Below the pieces are notes generated by a model. The model had not been told where the DNA came from. It worked only from the letters and a program-made list of their open reading frames with translations, and ran no database searches. A DNA stretch of 61,604 bases, the filler included, from an uncultured bacterium (GTDB lineage: Bacteria > CAYJOG01): the NCBI GenBank assembly GCA_964371695.1. It is 8 parts of 8 records of this genome, joined end to end, with 100 filler letters (N's around TTAATTAATTAA, not from the genome) between each part and the next. Parts side by side here need not be neighbours in the genome. Positions count along the whole stretch, not along the records: positions 1 to 7,659 come from CAYJOG010000118.1; positions 7,760 to 15,418 come from CAYJOG010000119.1; 6 more parts are not named here. One strand, given 5' to 3'. A program made the position numbers and the translations under genes. Positions 1-10,423 of the stretch are shown one piece after another; within the stretch, counting starts at the first letter, position 1, and each line of letters starts with the position of its first letter.

Positions 1-1
1 G

Positions 2-3000
2 GTGATCCTGCGAAACGACGACGGCGTGGGGGGCCTCACCAACACCGACATCGTCAACGCCACCCCCGCCGTGGCGGACAGCGACATCACCGAGTGTTAC
101 GCCCTGGCGGGCAGCGTGGTGAACTTTGCAGCCAGCCAGATGGTGGTGATCCCCAACGGCCACTCGGTGATCATGAACGCCAACATGAGCACCAATAACA
201 GCGCCGGCGCGGGCGTGAACGTGCAGACCGGCGGCACGCTGGACCTCGGTGGCGCGTTCACCTTCACCAGTCGCCGCCCGGCCACCATCGCGGGCACGCT
301 CAAGATTCCCAACGGAGCCACCTTCAACAACGCCACCGCCAGCGCCACCTTTGACGCCACCGGCGGCGCCATTGATTTCACCGGCACGGGCAACCAGGGG
401 GTGCTGCATTTTGAGGTCAACCCCATCAGCTTGGGCACGCTGGACAGCGCGGCGGGCATTGTGCAATACGGCCAGAACACCGGCGGCAGCATTCTGGCCG
501 ACGACTATTACCGCCTCACGGTGAACGACGGTGTGGCGGGGGTGCAGGTGTATACCCTGGCGGGAACCACCACCGCCAACAACGTGTACGCCAACGCCGG
601 TGAGGTCAACCTCAACGGCCAGTCTCTTACGGTGTGGGGCACGGCGGCCAACAGCATTCTGACGGATGCCGGTGAAATCCTGAACATCGCGGGGGGCACG
701 CTCACCCACACCCAGAGTGCGGGCACCGTGGTGAACAACGGCACCATCACCATCGGCGCGGGCACGTTCACCGCAGGCGGGGCCACCTGGACAGGCAACA
801 CCACCGGCGCGCTCACCTTCACCGGCGCGGGCACACTCAACATCAACAGCGTCGCCATCACGGGCAACGTGCTGGCCACCACCTTCACCCAGGGCACGGG
901 CACGGTGGCGTTTGGTTACAGCGGCGGCAACACCAATGTGCCCGCCCACACCTATTACAACCTGTCGGTGAGTGTGACCAGTGCGCGCACCGCCAGTCTC
1001 ATCGGCACCACCACGGTGCAGAACAACCTCACGCTCAATTCCGGCACCTTCGACCTCAACGCCCAGATTCTGCAATTCACCGCCACCGCCGGGGCCAACC
1101 TGAACGGCGGCACCTTCAAGAGCACCCTGGGGGGCGGCACGGTGCAGAACTCCGGCGGCGCGGGGTATTACTTCACCGTGAACGGCTCCACGCTGAACGT
1201 GACCTCGCTGACCTTTACGGGGGCGGGCGCGAACGGTTTTGACATCAACGGCACCACCAGCCCGGTCACGGCGCTCAACAACATCACGTGGTCAGGCGGC
1301 ACGACCACCTATCTGCGGCTGTCGGGGGCCATGGGCACGCAGACCTTCAGCGGGCATGTGTTCCCGGCGGGCGTCACCAACGTCACCTCGGTGGGCGGCA
1401 GCACGGGCACCGTGAGCATGGCCAGCGCCACCGGCACAGGGGTGGGCGACGCCAACGAATCCGAAGGCGGTACGGTCATCAACTGGCCCGTCACCTATAC
1501 CATTTCGGGGACCTACGACAACGTGACGCCCGTGAGCATCGCCATCAACGGCAGCAAGGTGTCCACCTACAACAGCGGCGGCGGCACTTATTCCTTTGGC
1601 ATCACGGCCAACACAGGGGACATCCTCACCCTGTGGTATGACAACAACGCGGCGGGCAGCAACGGCTGCCGTCTGGCCAAGTTCACCGGGGCCAACATGA
1701 CCACCGGCATGGACATGACACAGGGCGAGTTCATTCTGGGTCAGGATGGCGCAGGCAGCACCACCACCAGCGACGCCATCACCGGGTTTGTCACCGGCGA
1801 GGCCAACGACATCTGCTACAGCTATCTGCTGCTGGCCATCACCACCAACAACGACGTGGCGGTGCGGGTGCCCACAGGGGCCGCTTTTACGCTGGCAGGC
1901 ACCCTGACGGTGAATCAGGTGGCGACGGGCATGATTGTGGGCGGCACGTTCAGCCAGAACACCAACACCCTCACCGATCTGGGGGGCCTGAACATCGCCA
2001 CGGGCGGCGTGTACACCGTGAGCACCGGCGGCGGCTCTGTGGCGGGTGTCACCACCATCAGCGGTTCCTTCACCAAAAACGACTCCGGGGGCACCTTCAC
2101 CTTCACCGGAAACCTCGACGCCACCGGCGGCGTGGTGAATGTCTCCAACAGCGGTGTCATCCAGTTGCGGGGCGTGAGCAATCCCTCGCTCGGCACCTTC
2201 ACCAGCGACACCACCGGCATTGTGCAATACAACTGCACCGCCAACTGCACCGTTCCGGCGGGAGCCTATGGCCGGTTGCAGGTTTTTGGCCCTGCCTTCA
2301 CCCACACCCTGCTTGGGAACAGCTCGGCCAACAACCTCACCAACCAGGCGCTGTTTGTGTACAACAACGGCACCATTTTTGATCTGGCGGGTTACACCTT
2401 TGCCGCCACCGGCCAGGTGCGCGTGGGCAACGCGGCGGCGAACACCTCGCGCCTGAACCTGTCGGGCGGCACGCTCAGCAGCACCACCTCGGGGCTGGTG
2501 GTGGACGCCGCCACGCTGGATGTGGGCAGCGGCAACGCCACCTTCACCACCACCTACACCCAGAACCCGGCGGGCGACCTGCTCATCAGCACCGGCACCA
2601 TGCGGGTAGACGGCAACTTCAACATGACCGGCGGCAACCTCACCTTCAGCGGCGCGGGCAACCTCATCCTCAAGGGGGCCACCCTCACCTCACTGGGCAC
2701 CTTCACGCCCGCCACGGGCACGGTAGAGCTTTCCGGCTCCAACACCCAGACCATTCCGCTCAACACCTACAACAACCTCACCATCAACAAAACCGCGTCT
2801 CTCGCCAGTCTGGCGGTGGGCAGCACCACGGTAAACAGCACCCTGAGCGTCACGGGCGGCACACTCAACATCAACGGCCAGACGCTGCAATTCGCCGCCG
2901 GGGCCACCGCCAGCCTCACTGCGGGCACCCTGCAAAGCACCACCATCGGCGGCAACATCACCCGCACCGGTGTGGGTGCGTTTTCCTTTACCGTGAACGG

Positions 3001-6000
3001 AGCCGCCCTGAACGTGAGTGAACTTTCCTTCAGCTATGCCGACGCCAACGGTTTCAACTGGCAGTCGGGCGCACTCACGGCCTTTAACGGCGTGAACTTC
3101 ACCAACGGCACCACCACCCACATGACCATCGCCGATGTGCTCACCGGCACCTTCAGCAACCTCACGTTCGACGGTGGCGGCGGTGTGCCCTTCAACATCA
3201 CCAAGCAGGGCACCACCGGGGCCATCACGGTGAACAACCACAGCGGCGCCGGCACCGGCGAGAGCAACGACGTGGACCCCAACCTGCTGGTGACGTGGTC
3301 GGGCACCGTCACCTACACCGGCACGTTCGACGGCGTGACCGACGTGGGCATCGCCATCAACGGCACGGTGGTGGACGTGTGGACGGCGGACTCTTCGCCC
3401 TACACCTTCACCGTGGGGGCCACCACGGGAGACAAAGTGGTGGTTTATTACAACAGCACCGTCACGCGGGGGGCCGTGGCCACCGTGGCCACCAACGGCA
3501 ACATCACGGGCATGGACCTGACGGTGAACCGTCTGGTGATCCGCAGCGACGGCGACCCGACGGGCATGCTCACCAGCGACATCATCACCGCCTGCCCGGC
3601 CACCTCCGGTTGTTACACCAACCTGCCCTATACCATCGCGGGGGGCGCGGTGAACCCCCGCGCCGCCACCACGGTGCAGATTCCCGTGGGGCACATCTAT
3701 AACATGGACGGCGCCAACACCCACGCCGCCAGCCCCACCGGCACACTGATCATTGACGGCAACCTGACGCTGGTGAACTTCACCTACAACACCAACACTG
3801 CGGCTTGTGACATCAACGGCTCCGTCACCATCAACGGTTCGGGATTGCTGGACTGCGGCAACTTTGACGCCACCGGGGCCACCATCACCATGGGGGGCGC
3901 GGCCACCAACATTCAAATCAGCGGCAACGTCACCAGCATGGGCACCATCACCACCACCATGGGCACGGTGATTCTCGACGGCACCGGTGCGCAGAACTTC
4001 CCCGCCGCATCACTCTTCAACCTCACGCTGAACAACGGCGGCGGCTGCGGCACACCCAAAAACCTCACGGGCAATATCACAGTGGCGGGCACACTCACAC
4101 CCAACAGCGGTTGTCTGCAAACCGACGGCTTCAACATCACCGGGGCCATCCTCACCGTCACCAACAACGCCAATGCCCGGCTGGAGGTCAACGGCGGGGC
4201 CAGCACCTTCACCGGCAACGCCGCCATCGGGGCCGCCGGGCAAATCCTGATGACCAGCGGCACGCTCACGGCGGCGGCCAACACCACCGGCGCGGGCACG
4301 CTGCAAATCGTTGCGGGTTCCTATGTGAGTTCCGGCACCATGAACATGACCGGGGCCATCAACTTCACCGGCGCGGGCACGCTGGATCTCGCCGGCACCG
4401 TCACCAACCTGGGCGTGCTCATGACCACGGCGGGCACGGTGCGTTATACCGGCAGTGTCAACCAGGCCTTTCGGGCCGACACCTATTTCAATCTGGTCAT
4501 CAGCAGTTCCGCCACGGTCACGCTGGGGGCGGGCACCAACCAGGTTGACGGCACCCTTACCCTGCAGGCGGGCACCCTGGACATCAGCAGCCGCACCCTC
4601 ACCATGGGCAGCGGGGCCATCGGCAGTCTGACTGGCGGCATCTTCAAGGCCACCACCGTGGGCGGCACGGTGACCGGCGCGGGGCCAACCCGTTTTGCCT
4701 GGACAGTGAACGGCAGCGCCATGAATGTCAGCAACATGGCCTTTAACGGGGCCGACGCGAGCGGCTGGAAATGGCAGTCTGGCACGGTGAGCAACTTTGC
4801 GGGCATCACCTTCACCAATGGCCTCACCACCCACATGACGGTGGACGGCGCGGTGGGCACCTTCCCCGCCAGTTCGCTGAACTTCGACGGCGCGCCGGGG
4901 GTGCTCAACGTCACCTCCACCGCCGGAGCCAGCGGCACACTCATCATTGTCGGGGCGGTCTGCACGGCGGGCACCGGCATCTGCGAAGACTACGACGTGG
5001 ACAGCGGGGCCACCATCACCTGGAACACCACACTCACCTATGAAGGCACCTGCGACCAGAACGGCGCGACCATTTCGCTTTCCGTGGCTGGCGCGGCCCC
5101 GGTGCTCACCACCGCCTGCAACACGGCGGGTGTGCCCAACTGGCAGATGACCCCCACGGCGCTTCAGGTGCCGCTCAACAGCGTGAACACCCTTTATTAC
5201 GACGGGGCGGCGTCAAAGGGCGTCATCCTCACCAAGTCCAACGGGTCTCCCCACACTGATCTGAACCTCGCCATCGGCGAGCTGCGCCTGCGCGATGAAA
5301 CTGCAAACGGCCTCACCAACACCGACCTGAACACCGGCAACAACGCCGACGCTGTGGATATTCCCTATGTCACCGCCGGTGGCGCGGGGGGCAGCAACAT
5401 GACGGGCACGGGCGGCCTGAACGTGCGCGTGGTGACCGGCCACATCTGGGCTCCCGGCAACAACGACAACACCACCGCCGCCAACCTGAACGTAGACGGC
5501 AAAATCATCATGAACACAGCCGCCCGGTTTGTACGGGCAGACGGCACCACCACCATTCCCGGCACGGTGCAGTTTGACGCCACGGGTTATCTGGACATCA
5601 ACGGGCCGTTCAACGCCACAGGCGGCACGCTGGACTTCAACGCGGCGGGTTATCTGCAAATGGCCACCACCGGCGCGGGCATCACGTCCTTTGGCAACGT
5701 CACGCCCATCAACCTCACCACCGGTCAGGTGCGGCTTGACGGCAACGCCAACGTGAACATTCCCGCGCTCACCATTCCCAACTTCCTGGTGGCGCTCACC
5801 GGCGGTGGCATGGCCATGGCCACGGGCACGCTTTCGTTCAGCAACCAGTTGGTCATCACCACCGGTGGCCTGGACACCAACGGCCAGTCCGTGACGGTAA
5901 ACGGCACCGCAGGCAACACGGTGCAGATCAACGGCGGCAACATCACGGTGTCCACCGGCTCACTCACCTCGGCGGCGGGCGGCACGTTTCTTAACCCCGC

Positions 6001-7659
6001 CACACTCAACATCGCGGGCGGCACGGTGGACATCAACGGGCCGTTCAACGGCACCGGCGGCACCATCAACATGACGGGCGCCAGCGGACGCCTGCAACTG
6101 GGCGGCACCATCACGCCTGCGGCCCTGGGCACAACAACCACCTTCACCAACGGCACCCTGGTGGTGGACTACACCGCAGGCGGCACCAACATCGCCGTGC
6201 CCACCTATTACAATTTCGAGAGCAGTACCGGTGCGAACATCGTGAACCTCACCTCCGCCTCTGGGGTGACCTTTAACGGCAACGTCACGGTGCTGGGGGG
6301 CACACTCAACCCCGGCGCTTACACCCACACCGTGCATGGCAACTGGAATGATTCGGCGGGCAGTTTCAACCCCGCCAGCGGCACGGTGCAGTTCGCCAAA
6401 ACCAGCAGCAGCCAGGGCATTACCCAGGGGGCGGCCAACCGCTTCAACAACCTGAGCAAAACGGCGGCGGGCGCGCTGGTGCTGTCGTCGGGGGTTTATG
6501 TCAAAACAGCGCTGGCGTCCTCCAGCGGCACATTTGACATGAACGGTCAGATCCTGCGCATCGGCAACACCGGCAGCGCCACTTTCACTGGCGGCACATT
6601 CCAGAGCCTGCTCACCGGCAGCACTGTCACCAGCATCAGCGGCACGGGCTTCTCGTTCGCGCTCAACTCAGGCAGCACCATGAACGTCGCCAACCTGGCC
6701 TTCAGCAACGCGGGCAGCGGCGGATTCACCATCAACAACGGCGTCACCATCACCGACTTTGACAACGCCAGCTTCACCAACGGCAACACGCGCCACGTGC
6801 GGTTCCTGGGCACCGACTATCTCGCCACCTGGGCCAACCACTATTACGACGCCACTGCCATCAACATCAGCAGCACCGGCTCTACCTGCAACGGCGCACC
6901 CAGCACCTGCATCATCACCGTCAACCCCTATGGCGGCGCGGGCGGCGGCGACGCCAACGAGCAGGAAGGCGCGCACACCATCAGTTGGGGCAATCCGCCC
7001 ATTGACCATTACGCCGTGGCGCCCGACACCACCACCGAAACGGTGGACAACACCATCATCCTTACCATCACCGCGCAGGACGCCGTGAACGCCACCGTCA
7101 CCAGTTATGCTTCGGGGACAGACCTCACCATCACCAGCCCCGCCGCGCCGGGGGGCACGTGTACCTTCAGCGGCACCGGCGTCACCGACAACGGCAACTG
7201 CACCGCCACACTGGCGGCGGGGGCCTGGACCCTGGGCGTGGCCACTGTCACGGCGGGTTACACCAAAACCGGTGAAACCGACATGGTGTTCAAAGCCGCC
7301 GACACCGGCACCCCCACCTTCAGCGGCAGCAGCACAACGATCACATGGCAGCCTGGCGTGGCCACAGAGTTCGCCATCGCCACGCAAAACGCAGGCACCG
7401 AAAATGCGGACACCACGTTTAGCCTCACGCTCACGGCGCTGGATCAATACGACAACACCGTCAGCTTTGGTCCCAACAATTATGCGGGGGCAAAAACTGT
7501 CAGCTTCGCCAGCACGGCGGGCACCACGGTGAGCTGTTCTCCCACGGTTCCGGCGAGCGAGTCCATCACCTTCGCCGCAGGTGTGGGCACCAGCGCCGCC
7601 GGGGGTTTCCGCCTGGTGAGTGCGTCGCAGACGCCGACGATCACGGCGACAGAGGCGGC
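2..7659 (+). CDS. Giant Gly/Thr/Asn-rich extracellular beta-helix-like repeat protein (adhesin/S-layer-like), with Ig-like domains at the distal end; truncated at both contig ends
   Basis: Open frame across the whole contig with host-like GC3-rich codons. G/T/N/A-rich beta-strand repeats (e.g. GTLTL.AGTL, GTV.Y.G), four ~600 aa super-repeats, and terminal Ig-like motifs ITAQDAVNATV / LTALDQYDNTV. Confidence 0.8.
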
Positions 7660-7759
7660 NNNNNNNNNNNNNNNNNNNNNNNNNNNNNNNNNNNNNNNNN
7701 NNNTTAATTAATTAANNNNNNNNNNNNNNNNNNNNNNNNNNNNNNNNNNNNNNNNNNNN
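7660..7759. other. Artificial contig linker (N44-TTAATTAATTAA-N44)
   Basis: 100-nt spacer with an all-frame stop motif; identical at seven positions. Confidence 0.98.
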
Positions 7760-8255
7760 GCACCTGACCCACACTCAGGGCCGAGGCGTAGCGGCGGATG
7801 GGGTTTTCCTTGAGCACACCCGACTTCAGCAGCCGCGCCACCGCCAGACCCACCGCCATGCTGGCTCCGTTGATGGCCGCCGTGCGGGTGCCGCCATCGG
7901 CCTGCAACACGTCGCAGTCCACCATCAGCGTGTTTTCACCCAGGCGGTTCATGTCCACCATGGCCCTGAGGGCGCGGCCCACCAAGCGGCTGATTTCGGC
8001 GGTGCGTCCGCTGATTTTGCCCTTCACGCTTTCGCGCTGGTTGCGGGTGTTGGTGGCCTGGGGCAGCATGGCGTATTCGGCGGTGAGCCAGCCCTGGCCT
8101 TTGTCTTTGAGCCAGCGGGGAACCCCCTGCTCAAACGCCACGTTGCACAACACGCGGGTGTGTCCCATGCTCACCAGCACGCTGCCGGTGGGGTGGCTCA
8201 CAAAGTGGGGGACGAACGAAATGGGGCGGATGCGCTGGGGGCTGCGGCGGGACAT
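7760..8255 (-). CDS. rph: Ribonuclease PH (3' truncated by contig end)
   Basis: Motifs GSVLVSMGHTRVLC, GWLTAEYAMLP, GRTAEISRLVGRALR, DCDVLQADGGTRTAAING; ATG at 8255. Confidence 0.95.
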
Positions 8256-8280
8256 GGCGCGCAGTGTAATGGGTGTCGAA

Positions 8281-9357
8281 TCAAAAAACCCCCGTGTCGG
8301 GCGGCAGCACGCGGCCCAGGGCCTGATCGGCAAAATTGATGGCGATGCGGGCCTCTTGCGGACTCACTGGCTGGGGTGTGGGCCGGGCGATGACAATGGG
8401 CATGGCCGGGGGCCGGGGGGCCGGGCCATCCTGATAACGCAAAAAAGGTTTGCCGCCAAAAAAGGTCTCCAGGCCGTTCACCACACCCGCCGCCAGATTG
8501 TGCAGGTGCTGGGGGTTTTTCAGACGGGCCAGATCGCCGCTGTTGGTGACAAAACCGGTCTCCAGCAACACCCCCGGCATGGCCGTGTTGCGAATGACAA
8601 AAAACCGGGCCTGACGGGAACCCCGGTCCAACTGTGGCGTGGCGGCGATGACCTGCTGCTGAATCGCCTGGGCCAGGGGTTTGGATTTCTCCGAAAAATA
8701 ATAGGTTTCGGTGCCCTGCACCTCTGGTTTCCAGGGCATGGAGTTGGCGTGGACGCTGACAAAGGCGTGCGGCGCGGAGGTGTTGGCCAGGGCGGCGCGT
8801 TCCTTGAGTTCCAGAAAAAGATCGGTGCCCCGCGTGAGAATCACCCGCGTCCCGGCGGCTTCCAGTTGTTCCTTGAGCGCCAGCGAGGCGTTCAGCACCA
8901 GGGTTTTTTCGTTGTCGTCTCCTGACAGGGCCAGTGCGCCGGGGTCGTGACCGCCGTGGCCGGGGTCCACCACAATGGTTTTACCCATCAGCAGGGGTTT
9001 CTGGATGAACACCTTGAGCGCGCCGTCTTCCACCGCCGTGTGATGATTGAACAGGGTGGGCATCACCAGCGTTACCGAAACACCCTCTGCCTCCTGGGTG
9101 ATCTTGAGCTGTGACACTGGTTTGCCCATGGCCCCGCTGAAGGCGCTGGCCCGGCCGCCGGGCAGAAAAAATACCAGCCTGGGCGGGGACCATTTTTCGG
9201 TGGGGGTGACGGGGGTCTGGGGGGCCTGGGCCAGGGGCACGCTCAGCAGCCAGCCGCCGGGTGTGCCGGACAGCATAGGGGTCGCCGCCAGCGCCCTGGC
9301 CGAAGACGCCAGAAGGGCCAAAGCGGCCACGAAACATCCCACCCTTGCCAGGTGCAT
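8281..9357 (-). CDS. N-acetylmuramoyl-L-alanine amidase (Amidase_3) with signal peptide
   Basis: IVVDPGHGGHDPGA, EK..L, VILTR, LKERAALAN, FVSVHANS, VLLETGFVTN; hydrophobic N-terminus ending in ALA. Confidence 0.92.
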   Translation of the reverse strand: MHLARVGCFVAALALLASSARALAATPMLSGTPGGWLLSVPLAQAPQTPVTPTEKWSPPRLVFFLPGGRASAFSGAMGKPVSQLKITQEAEGVSVTLVMPTLFNHHTAVEDGALKVFIQKPLLMGKTIVVDPGHGGHDPGALALSGDDNEKTLVLNASLALKEQLEAAGTRVILTRGTDLFLELKERAALANTSAPHAFVSVHANSMPWKPEVQGTETYYFSEKSKPLAQAIQQQVIAATPQLDRGSRQARFFVIRNTAMPGVLLETGFVTNSGDLARLKNPQHLHNLAAGVVNGLETFFGGKPFLRYQDGPAPRPPAMPIVIARPTPQPVSPQEARIAINFADQALGRVLPPDTGVF

Positions 9358-9405
9358 ATCTTTAATATCCGGGCTGGTGCGGGGATTTGACCGATGGGGG
9401 CGAAA

Positions 9406-10368
9406 TTACCGCTGCATCCGGGCCTGGGCCAGTCGGTCGCGCTGGGCGGATTCCTGAATCATTTTGGCCTGCACAATGGCGTTGCCCACCTGCAGGGCCA
9501 CGCCTTCTACCAGGTTACGGTGGTTCCAGGTAAAGGGTGTGCCGCTGAGCGTATCGCTGAACCACAGCAGGCCCATCATGCCGTGCTGATTGCTGATGAG
9601 GGGCGCCAGCACCATGGTGTTGCCATAGTGGGGGAACTGTTGCAGCCGCGCCGGGCCGATGTTCCACAGGGTGGCGTGCTCCACCAGGTGGGCGCGGGGG
9701 TCCATGGTGAGAAAATGCACCATGGGGTCGGAATAATTCAGGGCCAGGTCCTGGGCGATGGCGTGGTCAATGCCCCGGTAGGCCGTCAGTTCAAAATCGC
9801 CGGAGAATTCGTTGTACAGCGCGATGAACCCCCTGGCCGCCCCCAGCACACCCTGCAACTGGTCCAGAATGTGGAAACACATGGCGTCCACTTCCGAACC
9901 TTCGCCCAGAATGCGCCCGGTCTCATATACCGTCACCAGTTCCTGGTTGGTTTTGCGCAGGCGGGCGCTGAGATAACCCAGCAGGGACTTCATGAGTTTT
10001 GTGGCGGTGTTGATGTCGTGTTTGAGCAGCTCTTCAAACGCCGATTTGGTGAGGCGCATGGTGTGGACTTCGCCCAGGGCCATGGCCGTGGCGCTGCGGG
10101 GCTGGGCGTCGAACAGGCTCATTTCGCCCACGATTTCACCGGCACGCAGGGTGGCCAACACCTTTTGGCTGCCGGTGTGGGGGTCAATGAGTTTGCTCAC
10201 CTGCACAGCGCCCTGCTCAATGGCATAAAGCGCGTCGCCGTCGGTCCCTTCAAAAAAAAGGTAATCGCCGTTGCAAAAGGTCAGGCCCTCCACAAAAGGG
10301 GCCACCTCGCCCAGCACGTCTTCTTCAAGGCCAGCGAACAGGGCGATTTGTCTGAGCCGGTTTTTCAT
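9406..10368 (-). CDS. Cyclic-nucleotide-binding domain + GAF domain protein
   Basis: N-terminal cNMP motif (GDYLFFEG, LYAIEQG, GEIVGEMSLFDAQPRSATA); C-terminal GAF-like region (MVLAPLISNQHGMMGLL...FT...LVEGVALQVGNAI). Confidence 0.85.
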   Translation of the reverse strand: MKNRLRQIALFAGLEEDVLGEVAPFVEGLTFCNGDYLFFEGTDGDALYAIEQGAVQVSKLIDPHTGSQKVLATLRAGEIVGEMSLFDAQPRSATAMALGEVHTMRLTKSAFEELLKHDINTATKLMKSLLGYLSARLRKTNQELVTVYETGRILGEGSEVDAMCFHILDQLQGVLGAARGFIALYNEFSGDFELTAYRGIDHAIAQDLALNYSDPMVHFLTMDPRAHLVEHATLWNIGPARLQQFPHYGNTMVLAPLISNQHGMMGLLWFSDTLSGTPFTWNHRNLVEGVALQVGNAIVQAKMIQESAQRDRLAQARMQR

Positions 10369-10423
10369 GGGGCGATTTCAAGTGTAGCAAATCATGCAGA
10401 CTTGCCCTCAAAACAGCGTGTTT

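Noticed and set aside
7704-7715. TTAATTAATTAA motif repeated seven times at ~7.7 kb spacing
   Set aside because: Always centred in N-runs; an artificial all-frame stop linker, not a biological repeat.
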